In this document: positions 22,239 through 35,891 of the stretch, in pieces
Layout: the number at the start of each line of letters is the position of its first letter
Numbering within the stretch: position 1 is the stretch's first letter
Assembly (NCBI GenBank): GCA_951406725.2
Contig: OX597815.1
Span: forward strand, 11,222,001-11,286,000
Reading direction: 5' to 3'
Origin: Octopus vulgaris
Lineage: Eukaryota
Length of the DNA: 64,000 nt
Made by a program: the position numbers and the translations under genes
The notes under the pieces: model-generated
Database searches by the model: none
Told to the model about the DNA's origin: nothing
Seen by the model: the letters and a program-made list of their open reading frames with translations, nothing else

Positions 22239-23118
22239 CCACACAGCTACTAAATCCATAGTCGTAATAGAGATTCCTCTTTTGAGCTCTCCTTATCGCT
22301 TATCAAAATGCCATACTCGAAGATTTTTATTCAATTGTTTGAAGAACTAAGTAATTTTCTGTGCTTTTATAAACATGATTTTCTTTCATGGAATTTACAA
22401 AACAAACAAATAATGACGTTCTTAATCTATTGTTTATTCAATCTTTTGAGTTTGCATTACGCGTCTTCACCCTCTATACATTTGCAGTGCAACTGGTGAC
22501 TATTGTCATGAATTTAAAATCATATTAATATGTTTGTATCAATTCAGTTCAAAATAATAATGCTATTTGTATTCATGTATAGAGATAGGACAGGTCGAAG
22601 GTGAAAAGCACCAAAATAAAAGAAAAGATGATAACAAAGTATACCATTCTTTAGCGATTTTCTTCTTTTATATTTAAAATAATTCCATTTATATTACTCT
22701 AAGAAATCAGATTAATTTCCAGTGCAAAACGGTAAAGTTGTGAATTAATATACTGAATTTATTCGTTTTACCATATTAAACTCCTATTTTATTTTATTTT
22801 TTGTTTTGTCTTTCGCGTAGGAGTCGAATTCGTGCTCTTATTGTGAAATTCGATCCCGCTGATAAAGTTGGCTCCATCGTTCTTCAGTGGTAGTTTGTAA
22901 TGGTCACGAAAATCTTCATGCGTGAATAGACTGATTCAGAGCAACGCTAAAATCTCTTCCTCGACTATTCGGTTGTTTGTTTATTCTGCTCGATCATAAA
23001 AGGGAGTTGGTAAATTTCTGAAATTTATTTTCTGTTATGAAAAATCAAATTAGTTTAGAGTGGAATTTGAAACACAACATCTACTCAAACTATTCGTTTT
23101 ATTCAACTACTATATATG

Positions 23119-23320
23119 TATTTCTTTACCACACACAAGGGGCTAAACATAGAGGGGACAAACAAAGACAGACAAATGGATTAAGTCGATTACATCGACG
23201 CCAGTGCGTAACTGATATTTAATCGACCCCGAAAGGATGAAAGGCAAAGTCGACCTCGGCGGAATTTGAACTCAGAACGTGGCGGCAGACGAAATACTGC
23301 TAAGCATTTCGCCTGGCTTG
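23119..23320 (-). mobile_element. Family B SINE
   Basis: Consensus match. Confidence 0.8.
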
Positions 23321-24616
23321 CTTTTCAAAGCTTTATTCCATCATCAATTTCTCTTTTACGGACCCCGTTTTCTCCATTAGCCCTTTGTATCTCAATCTTC
23401 ACATGGCTACAAATATCTTTAATATTTTGAAATTAATAGAATTATTTTAATGTAATTTTAAAAACACGACTACAATTACCAGTTGCACTGATTATATGTA
23501 ATGGAGCGAAATACGTATATAACCATAAAAAAAAGTAACCATCACCACAAAGAAGCATCAATTAGTAGAATGTACCATGCTTTCGTTAATTGTTTTCAGT
23601 ACCAATATAGTCGCAAGCAAGCTCAGAAACCATCTCGACCATCACATTACCTAGCAGAAAATCGTGGACCTCACAACTAGAAGGAGAGGAACTAAAAGAA
23701 TATATCGGACAGATATGTAGTGGTGTCTGTTTAACGTTGTTGTTTAGAAATCTTCAATAAAATATTTGATTAATCCACCTCAGAAAAAAGCAAAAACAAA
23801 AAAGCAAAACAAAACATGAACAAACCAGAAATCATAATTTCCCAACTGAATACTGACGTCATCTAAGAATTGACTGGGCTTTGGACAGAAAAACTGACTG
23901 ACAGTTTGACGTCAGAATGATACAAACCAATTAATGAAAATTTAAAATATGATGCGCTGTTTGGAAATTTTCAACGAAATCGTTGATAAAAAATGAAAAA
24001 CAGAAAGTGCCAAACAAGCAATCTGTGATAAACACACAACAAATTTACTTTAGAGATATGGGGTATAGCCCCACGATACTCCATATTACACTGCTTTTGA
24101 AAATCATAAAAAATTTGAAACCAGTTATGTAACTGTAAATAGGTTTTCTTAAAGTGCTTTTCCAAATTTTACTTCTCACTCTTTCCACCATCCTCTCTCC
24201 CTCTCTCTCTCCCTCCCGCTCTCTCTCTGAATATTTATATATGTATATATTGTTTATCATTCTGCGTGTTCCAGCCACTGGACTGCGGTCATGCCAAACC
24301 GCATTGAAGGGGTTTATTCGAACAAATCGACCCCAGCACTTATTTTAAAGTCTGGTTTTGCTTCTATCGGTAACTTTTGCCGAACTGCTAATTTATTGGA
24401 ACTAAACAAATCGATACATGTATTTAATCAGTGGTAGTACAAAAACAGATATATGCACATATGTATATGCGCATGTGTATATGCATTTATAAATAGATAC
24501 ATATATTCATGCATACATATACACAAAAATACATACATATATACATACATGCATACATACATTTATACATACATGCATATATATATATGTATATATATGT
24601 ATATATATATATATAT

Positions 24617-24697
24617 AACGGGAAGCTTTATGAAAATAGACAAAAGACGAAGGCAGGTGGAAAACAAACGAACAATTGTATTAGTATGGCGCTCAGG

Positions 24698-24700
<3 letters not shown>
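24617..24700 (-). mobile_element. 3' tail fragment of TA-inserted family P4 element
   Basis: Homologous to 39383-39465 (CAAAAGACGAAG-CAGGTGG...TGTATTA-TAT--CG-TCAGGAA). Confidence 0.6.
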
Positions 24701-24776
<76 letters not shown>

Positions 24777-24810
24777 TGTATGTATCTATCTATCTATCTA
24801 TCTATATAAA

Positions 24811-24959
24811 ATATGAATTAGAGATAAAACCACTATTATGCAGCTCAAAGAGTGATAGACATAAATCAATACATAAAAAACAAATATTATATATATATAT
24901 ATGCATACATATATATATATATACGTATATATATATACATATATATATATATGTATATA

Positions 24960-24992
<33 letters not shown>

Positions 24993-25030
24993 TTGTATAT
25001 ATATTTATATATATATCAAAATTATAATTA

Positions 25031-25069
<39 letters not shown>

Positions 25070-25141
25070 TGTTATTTATGTATTGGTTTCTAGGTATCAC
25101 TGTTTGAGTTGCATAATAGTGGTTATATCTCTAATTCATAT
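24811..25141. repeat. 80-bp inverted repeat (24811-24890 / 25062-25141) enclosing a (TA)n tract
   Basis: ATATGAATTAGAGATAAAACCACTATTATGCA is matched by TGCATAATAGTGGTTATATCTCTAATTCATAT. Confidence 0.8.
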
Positions 25142-25169
25142 GTTATATATATATATGTATATATATATG

Positions 25170-25239
<70 letters not shown>

Positions 25240-25436
25240 TATATATATACATACACACACATATGTATACATACATATATACATACGCATATACATACGC
25301 ACGTACACGCACACACACACATTCATATATGCATGTATTGATACATGTACAGCTACATATGGTAAAATAGTAATTTTCCTTTTCTTTTAATTTATGCAAG
25401 TATGCAACCAACCATACGCACACACACACATATATC

Positions 25437-25474
<38 letters not shown>

Positions 25475-26297
25475 CACACACACAACACCCACAAATACAC
25501 ATACACACACATCACCCACAAATACACACACACACACACACACAAATACACACACACACACAACACCCACAAATACACATACACACATACACATAAACAT
25601 ACGCTTATGCCAACTCGACGATTCTTTCTTAACTCCTTTCTTACTGCTCACTTTTGAATTGCGATCGAACAGTCTTGAACTATTTATTCAGTCTTGTCTG
25701 AGAATCGGTAAATCAATGAAGGAATTCACACCCCATGGGAAACGAAACAAAAGCCATCTATAGAATTAGATTTTCACCTAGCAGTGATATTTTTCAAGAG
25801 GCCTTATTATGGCTTCAGAATTCACAGTATTTGTTTTTGAACAAGAATCGTTAAAGTAAATAATTCTTGAACATTGCAGTGCTTTGACAGAGTTTAGTTC
25901 TTCCCTGCCAGTTGAAGCTGTCGTAACAAATCATTAACCAACATTATATTATTGCCTGAAAGCAAGAAACCAGGCAGGAGAAACCTTTCTTCAATTTCTT
26001 GGATTCTATACGTGAGCGGATTTGGATTAAAATTTGTTTTTGTTAGGTTGCTTTTGTTTTGTTGGATGGTTCGGCTTTTTTTCATTTTGTTTTCGGTGTT
26101 GTATTTCTCCATCTGTCTTCCAGTTAACTTATTTAAGAAGTGGCGTTAATCCGAAATGGCCTGGATTAACGCTTAGCTCGGAGCAGTTTTGTAAAATTTT
26201 GTATGAAAAAAAGTTTATATAAGTTTTCCTTTTCTTAACATACTCGCACACACATATATGTGCGTACACAGACACATACAAAGTCAGTCTCGTAGCA

Positions 26298-26328
<31 letters not shown>

Positions 26329-26439
26329 TGTACGTATGTACATACTTATATATACTCACACACAATTCTCTCTTGTTCTACACCCACAAACAAAAATACA
26401 CACATATTCACACAGCTATACACGTACATTTGTAATAAA

Positions 26440-26475
26440 TATATATTATAATATATATACATACATATAAATATG

Positions 26476-26524
<49 letters not shown>

Positions 26525-26585
26525 GTATATATATATATGCATATATATATATATGTATGTATGTATATATATATATGTATGTATG

Positions 26586-26621
<36 letters not shown>

Positions 26622-26729
26622 TGTATGTATGCATATATATATATATATGTATATATATATGTATGTATATATATATATATGTATGTATATATATATGTAT
26701 GTATGTATATATATATATATATGTGTATG

Positions 26730-26797
<68 letters not shown>

Positions 26798-26809
26798 TAT
26801 ATGTATGTT

Positions 26810-26884
<75 letters not shown>

Positions 26885-26915
26885 GTATATATATATATGT
26901 ATATATGTATGTATG

Positions 26916-26946
<31 letters not shown>

Positions 26947-26985
26947 GTATATATATATATGTATGTATGTATGTATGCATGTATG

Positions 26986-27017
<32 letters not shown>

Positions 27018-27020
27018 AAC
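26440..27020. repeat. Long compound (TA)n/(TATG)n microsatellite
   Basis: Read directly from the sequence. It is the largest of dozens of TA/CA tracts in the window. Confidence 0.95.
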
Positions 27021-27954
27021 ACGAACATACACATACGCACACAATATCAATCGAATTAATTCAAAATTCCATTCTCTCTTTGTTTCTCTCTTCCTCTCTT
27101 CCTCCTTCCCATCTCCTCTTCCCATCATTCGATATTATTATTACGCCGATGGAAACATCCCACACCGCTTCACTCCAAACAGAAACAATAATATACGAAC
27201 AGACAGACTCAATCACGTGCTCGCTTATGCACATCGGTAAATGGTTTCAATTCCCCGTCGAAGATATTTCACTTCACTTGCGCTGCCAAATGATTTAGCA
27301 AATGGATGAACGCCTCAAAATCTCATTTGTAAATGACATCTTCACTTACCTTAATTTCGGTATCAAAGTAAATGAACCTGAGATGAAAACCGGTTTGCGA
27401 ACTAACCATTCGGGGTTAATCAATGTGAAGTAGAGAACAGCCCTTTTTCCTGAACAGCATTGGTTATTATTAACTAGGAACTTTGGGACGTTTTCTTGTA
27501 TACTATGGAAAGTTGTGACATTTATGAATTGGTCAGGGTATTAAAGATAGGGGTGGCTTCGATCGAGCGCATTTTGAAACCTCTTTGCTATATTGCCGAC
27601 TTGTGTTCAGGGACTGATGGGAGATCTAAAAAAAAAAGAAAAAAAAAAGACGAATCAATCATAATTAACTTGAGAGGTAGCGCAACTATCCAAGGGTAAA
27701 AGTCTTAGAATGCTTTCTATAGATAGATTCAATTCTGCTGAAGATACCCACTCTAAAATATATATTTCATTATGCTGCTGTATCTTATAGATTCTACAAA
27801 ATAATATTAAAAACGTTATATGGTCTTTAACATCAACGAACACTTCAGCTCTGAAAAGTTATGGAGAATAAACTCAGTTAAGGGCTTCTAAGGAACAGGT
27901 TATGTGGTCAACTCCAGAGGCGGATCGAAAGATGATACCCTAACAATATATTCT

Positions 27955-28797
27955 TTTCTACTCTATGTACAAGGCCCGAATTTTTGGGGGAGGTGGCCCA
28001 GTCGATTAGATCAACCCCAGTACGCAACTAGTACTTATATATCGACCCCGAAAGGATGAAAGGCAAAGTTGACAATGCAGTGTCTTCTGGCTATTAAAAA
28101 CTTTCAAAATAACTGCGCTTTCTTTTGAAACACTTCAAAATGTTTCTGAGATTCTGAAAAGCAGACAATAGTGTATCTAATAATAATGATCTATTCGTAT
28201 CGACAACAGTTTAATCGCAACAATTCTTCAATTGCCAAAAAGCAACAATTTATGGCCCTTATTCTTCCCATATTAAATTCCGCCGAGGTCGACTTTGCCT
28301 TTCATCCTTTCGGGGTTGATAAATTAAGTACCAGTTGCATACTGGTCTAATTGACTGGTCTCCTCCGTAAAATATTCGGCCCTTGTGCCTAGAGTAGAAA
28401 AAAATATTCTTTACATATTGTTACAACTACTGCTGCTCCTCTGAAAAACAGGATGGGTATCAACTCCTCCTTAAAACACATGATACTCCTCTTTGTGGAG
28501 CAATCATGTGCGTCATTCACTAAATATTGTCCCCATACACCTCACAGCGTTGTTTCCGCCACATACATATTTCTTTATTACCCACAAGGGGCTAAACACA
28601 GAGGGGACAAACAAGGACAGACATAGGTATTAAGTCGATTACATCGACCCCAGTGCGTAACTGGTACTTAATTTATCGACCCCGAAAGGATGAAATGCAA
28701 AGTCGACCTCGGCGGAATTTGAACTCACAACGTAACGCAGACGAAATACCACTAAGCATTTCGCCCGGCGTGCTAACGTTTCTGCCAGCTCGCCGCC
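27955..28797. mobile_element. Three family B SINE copies (27955-28073 minus, 28275-28400 plus, 28567-28797 minus)
   Basis: Consensus matches. The first two carry the alternative tail and face each other. Confidence 0.75.
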
Positions 28798-29103
28798 ACA
28801 TACCGAGGACTGCTAAAACCCGAACACTCTCTGTCTAGTTACGCTTCATCAACTACAGACACCTGTTCGTCGTTCATTCTGCACTTCAAGATGTTTACGT
28901 ATAACAAAAGCTGTACTTATTGGGGAGTTAATGACTACGGTAGCTATGCAGAATCACGTATCTTACAGCCTCGATATGTTTTTACTCACATAGTCTATAA
29001 TAAGTATATCTTTTCTGAGACAATTACTGAAGTAAAAGCTTCCCCACATCTGTTTGTATGCAAGCGTATTAAATATAGACATAGCTTTTTGTATATACAT
29101 ATC

Positions 29104-29149
<46 letters not shown>

Positions 29150-29439
29150 TCTTTCTTTCTCTCTCTCTCTCTCTCCCTTATTCCCCCTCCTTTCTTTCCC
29201 TCTCCATCCGTTTCCCCCCCTTCTACGTTTCTCTATCTCTCTCACCTCCAGCCCCCTCGATCTGTCTCTTTCTTCTCCTCCCTCGTCCACCTTCTCTCTC
29301 TTTTCATCTGTCCCTTTCTCTTGTCTTTTGTTCTCACGTGACCGCTAGCCGCTGTTGAACGCTCTTTTCGTTCCAGCAGCCGTTGAAGCAACACGTACTT
29401 GTTCGTCTCCCTGTGGCCATTAGGCACAACTTCATAAGC

Positions 29440-29844
29440 TAGCCCCATGCTCAATTCGTCCTGTCGAAAGACCCTTGTCCTACGTCCTGGTTTTGTTTTG
29501 TTGTTTATTCTTTATACTTTATTTTTACCGTTATTGTTTTACGTTTTTGTATTCTTATTGTTGTCACGTATTCTGTATTTTTGTTCGTGTACTTCGTTCG
29601 TTTTCCGTCCTCGTGTTGTATACATTCGAAGCTTTCTTCCAGGGGATCTAATGCACTTGGCTTAGATTTCCCGTGGCGGGCTGGCCATATCGGAGCAATC
29701 TCAAGATTAATCAGCCGAAATTGCTAAGATGATCTGGTTCTTGACTGATGACTGAGGGCTTCGAATGTCCCGTCCTGTGGTTCTTGTGTCGTCTCTGTGG
29801 CGTTTCATGTTCTTGTCCATGTCTGTAATTATTTTTACTGTTTA

Positions 29845-29846
<2 letters not shown>
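29440..29846 (+). mobile_element. Family P1 element ending in (TA)n, with rearranged HHR
   Basis: T/G-rich segments flank the HHR, and the 3' end abuts the TA run at 29847. Confidence 0.6.
29694..29755 (+). ncRNA. Non-circularly permuted (pseudoknotted) hammerhead ribozyme candidate
   Basis: AGCAAU-C-UCAAGA-uuaa-UCAG-cc-GAAA-UUGCU-(13 nt)-UCUUGA-CUGAUGA-CUGA. Stem III is 6 bp, stem I 6 bp and stem II 4 bp, with an AUC site. Confidence 0.72.
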
Positions 29847-29880
<34 letters not shown>

Positions 29881-29883
<3 letters not shown>

Positions 29884-30678
29884 TGGAAATAAATATTTGT
29901 AAATATCAAAATTCTTTATTTATTTAATTTCTAATGAACATAAATGGAATATACCAATACTATATTTGCATACACTTGTATAAACTAAGAATATGCAAAA
30001 GAAACAAATTTTAAATGGGCATCTCTATGCCTTTTAGTGAACAGTGGAGTTTTTCTAGGGGAGCGTGACTTCAGTTCATTCCTATGTCGATTCTTCGCTT
30101 CATTTTTATTAAAGATTTAGGGGAAATCTTGCGTGGTGCACCGGATCTTATTCGGTTTTCAACAGTTCCCGATTCTTTATATCTTTGAATAAATGAAGAT
30201 ATGGTAGTAAATGGAATACAAAGGGTTTCTGATATTTTCCTATAACTTTTACCTGCTTTCCATTGTTCAGTAATTAAATTTTTCACTGTATTTGTGAGTT
30301 CTTTACTTTTCGCCATTATTACGATACTACTTTATGTTGTCTCAGTGCTGAATGAAGAAGCTAGTGTTTTGACACTTAAAAGTGACAACTGATAAGATTA
30401 TTGGAACAAACGAGAAAGTTCTAGTAAAAAAAAGGTATTTTAACAGTATTTTGTGGCATAGAAAATCAGAAATTTATTCTGTACGGATGCTTTTTTCACC
30501 CCTAAATATTTATAATTGTATATAAATTCATAAGTTACTATAATTTATTAGTTTCTTTTGCATATTCTTAGTTTATGTATGTGTATGGAAATATAGTATA
30601 GGTGTGTTCATTTATGTTCATTAGTAATTATATAAATGAAGAATTTTGACATGTACGAATATTTATTTCTCCCCACTG
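29881..30678 (-). mobile_element. Internally deleted Tc1-like element with ~130-bp TIRs
   Basis: TA|CAGTGG...CCACTG|TA ends and long imperfect TIRs. Retains the transposase N-terminal ORF. Confidence 0.85.
30071..30316 (-). pseudogene. Tc1 transposase N-terminal paired-like HTH DNA-binding domain (truncated)
   Basis: MAKSKELT...GKSYRKISETLCIPFTTISSFIQRYKESGTVENRIRSGAPRKIS, with a GRPR-like motif. No DDE domain follows. Confidence 0.85.
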
Positions 30679-31149
30679 TATTGTGCTTTATAATTTAACA
30701 CACTCACCGTTAAAATTTTCCTTTATTTCTTATTTTTCTTTTCCTAAAATTTTCGTTGCATCTTGCAACCTTTTCAATAGTCTTGACTCTGTCCGTTATT
30801 TACACGGGGTTCCTTTTTGTTTGTTTGTTTGTGTGCATGTGTGTGGGTCAGTGTGTGTGTGTGTGTGTGCCTATGTATGCATATACCTTTGTCTCCTTGT
30901 GTGTGCATGTCTGTGTGCGTATTTGCAACCATGTACCATGTTTGTATGTATGGATGGATGTGCATCTCTATATGTGTAGACCCGTATCTCCATATGTGTC
31001 CTTGTGTGGAGTAAAGTGTGTGTGTATATATGGTTATGAGTTTCAGTCTCCATTTGCGTGTGCTTGTCTGTTCTTATAACCTATGTACCTATCCGCTTGT
31101 ATGTTGATCCCTTTATTTTCAAATCCATATGCTTACATACAAACAAAAA

Positions 31150-31214
<65 letters not shown>

Positions 31215-31244
31215 GTAGGGATTTCTCATCAAGAGTAGAGTCCA

Positions 31245-31333
31245 CTGTAGGCTCGAAACGTAAAAGACTTTTTCTATTCCTGAGCGTTATACTAATACAT
31301 CTGTCTTCGTCTTTTGTTTTTTTCGTAAACTTT

Positions 31334-31337
<4 letters not shown>
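31245..31337 (+). mobile_element. Truncated family P4 element with 3' half of HHR
   Basis: GTAGGCTC-GAAA-CGTA-AAAG followed by the family tail and a TA run. Confidence 0.65.
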
Positions 31338-31397
<60 letters not shown>

Positions 31398-32177
31398 CAA
31401 AATGGGACAAGAACGCAAAAAACACAAAGAGACGACACAAAGAACGATATATATATTTAAATAAATTACACTATTTTATATAGAGATTGTTAAAATTAAC
31501 AATACTCAGAAATAGGCTAGACTTGAAGTGCTCAAATTGAGCTATGTTCCAATTTATAATTTGAATGGAGGCAATACCAACGGAAAACTAGAGGACACAT
31601 GACCTATTATCCAACAGAATATTCAATATATATGTGTACCCTCTTCGACATTGAACATTATCTTCGTATATTAGTATCTCCTTTTAATGTTTTACAATTT
31701 CAAACTTTCCACGGGACTCCGTGTTGTAACTTGTAATTTTTTATTCCCTTGTATCTTATCGTGTGAATTAATAATTCAATATGTCTCATATTATATTCAT
31801 GTTTCTATTTTGCCTGCGTACTTATATATATATTTATGAGCATTTAAAAATATTTTAAAATATCTACGAGTTTTATCTTATATATCATATTAAGTTTTTT
31901 TTATATCTATTTATGTATCTATTTATGTGTTTATATATTTTTTAAAATGTCTACGTATTTCAAAACATTTAAAAATATTTGCGTGCTTTTAAATATTAAA
32001 TATTTATTTGTTTACGTACTTGTATGTTTTTAATACTAATATTATTTCGAACTTTATATATAAGAAAGTACACATATATATTGAATATTCTAGTTTTCCG
32101 TTCGTATTGCCTCCATTTAAATTATATGTATATATACTCACGTACACATACATGCATATATATATATATACATACAT

Positions 32178-32308
<131 letters not shown>

Positions 32309-32403
32309 ATAAAACAGTATGTATCCAAAGATTAATATATATATATATATGTATGTCAAATGCCATTTCCAAGATTATGTTCTCAAATATATATATATAT
32401 ATA

Positions 32404-32466
<63 letters not shown>

Positions 32467-32486
32467 TATATATATATATATATATT

Positions 32487-32838
32487 AGAGCAGCGGACTC
32501 GCGGCATAGGATCGCGGTTTCGACTCCCAGACCGGGTGTTGTGAGTGTTTATTGAGCGAAAACACCAAAAGCTCCACCAGTCTGCGGATGGTAGCGAACC
32601 TTGCTGTACTCTTTCATAACAACTTTCTCTCACTCTTTCTTTCTGTTTCTCTTGTACCTGTATTTGAAAGGGCTAGCCTTGTTACACTCCCTGTCACACT
32701 GAATCTCCCCGAGAACTACTTTAAGGATACACGTGCCTGTGGAGGGCTCAGCTACTTGCCCGTTAATTTCACGAGCAGGCTGTTTCGTTGACTGGGTCAA
32801 GTGGAACCCTCGTCGTCGTAAACGACGGAGTGCCACCA
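32487..32838 (+). mobile_element. Family C SINE, tail type 1, slightly 5'-truncated
   Basis: Homology to 3261-3648. Confidence 0.82.
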
Positions 32839-32858
32839 TATATATATATAGAGAAGTG

Positions 32859-33416
32859 GCTTTCCTTGTTTGGAAGCCTTTTAATGTATTTCTATATGAA
32901 TAATATATAGTCTAATGACTAATTCGTGTTTTGTGCTAGGCCACTGGTAATAATAATTCATTTTTATTACCCTATTTGATTATATCTAAATATTGCTTGA
33001 TAAATTTGTTCGTAAATTTTTTACCGGCATCCTCTCTGTCGCCGGGTATGATTTGCGTCTGCGCAGAGGTTTGAAAAGTTAAGATTTACAAACCGTTAGA
33101 TCTACATGTGCTTCTAACAGTCTGTGCGTCTAGGATTACGAAGGCTTCTCACTGAAGAACCTGGCCTTGGCAAATATATTCTGTTTGTTTGCTGAAAATA
33201 GGTAGAAACCGTTCGGTCTGGGATATAGCGGAGTTGGTAAATGTTTTTAATTGTCATTCCTTTCATGAATTTATCCCTTTTTCTGTTCTAGCACTACGCT
33301 TCCTTATTTGGAAGCCTTTTATTGTATTTCTATATGAATAATATATAGTCTAAGGACTAATTCGTCTTTTGTGCTAGGCCACTGGTAATAATAATAATTC
33401 ATTTTTTATTACCCTA
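32859..33416 (+). mobile_element. Family P2 element in direct-repeat (pseudo-LTR) form with internal HHR
   Basis: ~117-bp direct repeats at 32859-32975 and 33298-33416, TA-flanked. Shares GCGCAG-GG-TTTGAAAA and the tail with 15690-16332. Confidence 0.8.
33147..33223 (+). ncRNA. Type I hammerhead ribozyme
   Basis: UCUCA-CUGAAGA(33152-58)-ACCU...AGGU-a-GAAA(33205-08)-CC-guuc-G-GUC-UGGGA. Confidence 0.75.
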
Positions 33417-33433
33417 TATTATTATATTTATAT

Positions 33434-33476
<43 letters not shown>

Positions 33477-34561
33477 AAGAGTATAAACGTGCACAAGTAT
33501 ATATAGAATAATCCTTTTGGGGAATCGATTCACAACGCACAAGTAAATCTATAAACAGCAGCTGAAAAACCGTTTTGGAGGCAAAAAGTCAAAGGTTGCC
33601 ACCCAATATTTGCATGCTATTGCTTATAGCAACTTATGTAGTCCGAGATACACACACAAAATATTCCACGTTCTGTCGAATGTTTATAGATTCTTATGAC
33701 GTCAGCATATGTGTGTATGCGTGTGCACGCGCAATTTCGGTCTGCCAATTTCTACTCACAATCTATTGGTCAACCCAAGGCTAGGGTAAATGATGGCCAC
33801 ATCCTACCACTGTTTTGGGTTGAATAATGCCTCAAGAAATGGGTTCGAACTCGACACCTTGTGGTTATGAAGCGACCTTATACGTTTACCCTTGTTTACA
33901 CTAATATTTACCTCACTATATTAATGATACCCCGTTTGTCAAATCCGAAAAATATGTAAGAAGTGTTGGCCACGATGGGATTTGAACTCGTAATTTTAAT
34001 TCATTACATTAGCATTATTTCTTCAGTTCAGCTCTGTTCCAAGAATAACATACTTTTCTCACCCTGACCAAGAATTTTCTTTCACCAGTAAGATGGACTT
34101 GCAACGTGGCATCAGGCCAAGTCGAGAACAGTCGATTCAAATAACTTAACACTTGATATTTACTTATCATCAACCCCAGAAGGCAGTTATCACGTTTGAA
34201 CGTGTTGAGATTTGAACGCAAAATAGAAATAAGATTAAAAACTTGACCGGCTGGCCTAAATACGTATTAAGCACAGTGTCATACATTTTGTGTCGGATAT
34301 TATTCTTTTAATTAATTCCTGTGCCACACTGGTACTCAGAGAATATTGACGAAAAAAAAAATAGGGCGACTTCAGAATGAGTTGAGCACAGAAAGCAGCA
34401 CCTAGGCAAACATATATAATTTGTCAAAGGAATTTATTCGGACACTGTACTGAGGGCCCTTTTCTTTCTCAAAATTGCTTCTGTTGTCAGTTCTCATAAC
34501 AATTATAAAGAAACGGTAATGGTGTGTGGCTTCGTGGTTAAGGTATTTGACTCACGCTACT

Positions 34562-35035
34562 GGCGGTGAGCTGGCAGAATCGTTAGCACGCCGGGATTTG
34601 GACTCACGACCTTATTAACATGAGTCAAATATCTATTTCTTTACTACACAAGGGGGTAAACACAGAGGAGACGAACAAGGACAGACAAACGGATTAAGTC
34701 GATTATATCGACCCCAGTGCGTAACTGGCACTTATTTAATCGACCCCGAAAGGATGAAAAGCAAAGTCAACCTCGGCGGAATTTGAACTCAGAATGTAAC
34801 GGCAGACGAAATACCTATTTCTTTACTACTCACAAGGGGCTAAACACAGAGAAGATAAACAAGGACAGACAAACGTATGAAGTCGATTATATCGATCCCA
34901 GTGCCAAACTGGTACTTATTTAATCGACCCCGAAAGGATGAAAGGCAAATCGACCTCGGCGGAATTTGAACTCAGAACGTAACAGTAGACGAAATACCGC
35001 TAAGCATTTCGCCCGGCGTGCTAACGATTCTACCG
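34562..35035. mobile_element. Family B SINE head (plus) followed by a tandem-form copy (minus)
   Basis: Consensus matches, with the junction at ~34815. Confidence 0.8.
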
Positions 35036-35149
35036 TCAATAAGAAAGGTTTCTGATTTATGTACAAGATCAGCAGTTTTGAGAGGAATGGATTTAGTCGA
35101 TATCACCGAGCCCTTTACATGCTGAAAATATGAAACCATTTTCTACGAA

Positions 35150-35560
35150 CCAACCTAATACTTTGCACTATCTCCCCGTTAATTTCTTTATGATACTCAT
35201 TACTACTTTAGAAGCTTTTCTTTGCGAATTTACCGATGTATCTGTGCTTATACGACCTCTAAAGCCTAGGCGTTACAGTGCCCACATTTTGGAAACTGAC
35301 AGTAGAGATCTTTTGAAGTTTGCAGTTTTCTCTGGAAACGTATACACCACAGCGATTATCTTTTTCTAACCGTTCATTCCAAAAGTCATAATTATATTCA
35401 CACTTTCAGTATTTGACATCCATGTTTCGCACCCGTACAGTGCAGCTGAAATTACTATTGCACTTTAAACCACGAGCTTTCGTTCTTAACGTAATGTTTA
35501 TTTTTGCAAACGGGGTCTAATTTTACAAAATCTACTATAGCTGGTGCAATCAAATAAATT
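35150..35560 (-). mobile_element. Highly decayed RTE-like LINE fragment
   Basis: Minus strand encodes VISAALYGCETW (35420-35455), the LYGxETW motif that follows the RT domain. Confidence 0.55.
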
Positions 35561-35801
35561 ACTTCTGTCTTCGATTTCACACCTTCCGATCTTCTTCCTG
35601 TGAAATATTGAACTTCATCAAAGTCTTTTGCGTGGCTCTGTTATTTCAATTAGACTTAGTATTTTCATTGTTTTTACAGGTAGTCGTTATTTTACGTTTT
35701 CGGTATTTGCTTCAATTCCCCATCTTCTTGCAACTGTATCTAGGCGTGTTGTAAGTAGATTTGTTTTTGTCTATCTATCTATCTATCTATCATCTATCTA
35801 T

Positions 35802-35891
<90 letters not shown>

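Noticed and set aside
24453-27298. Long ORFs rich in YI/YM/HT/CV repeats (also 32004-32633, 43393-43809, 46435-46917)
   Set aside because: They are translations of TA/CA/TATG microsatellites, which lack stop codons in some frames. They are not genes.
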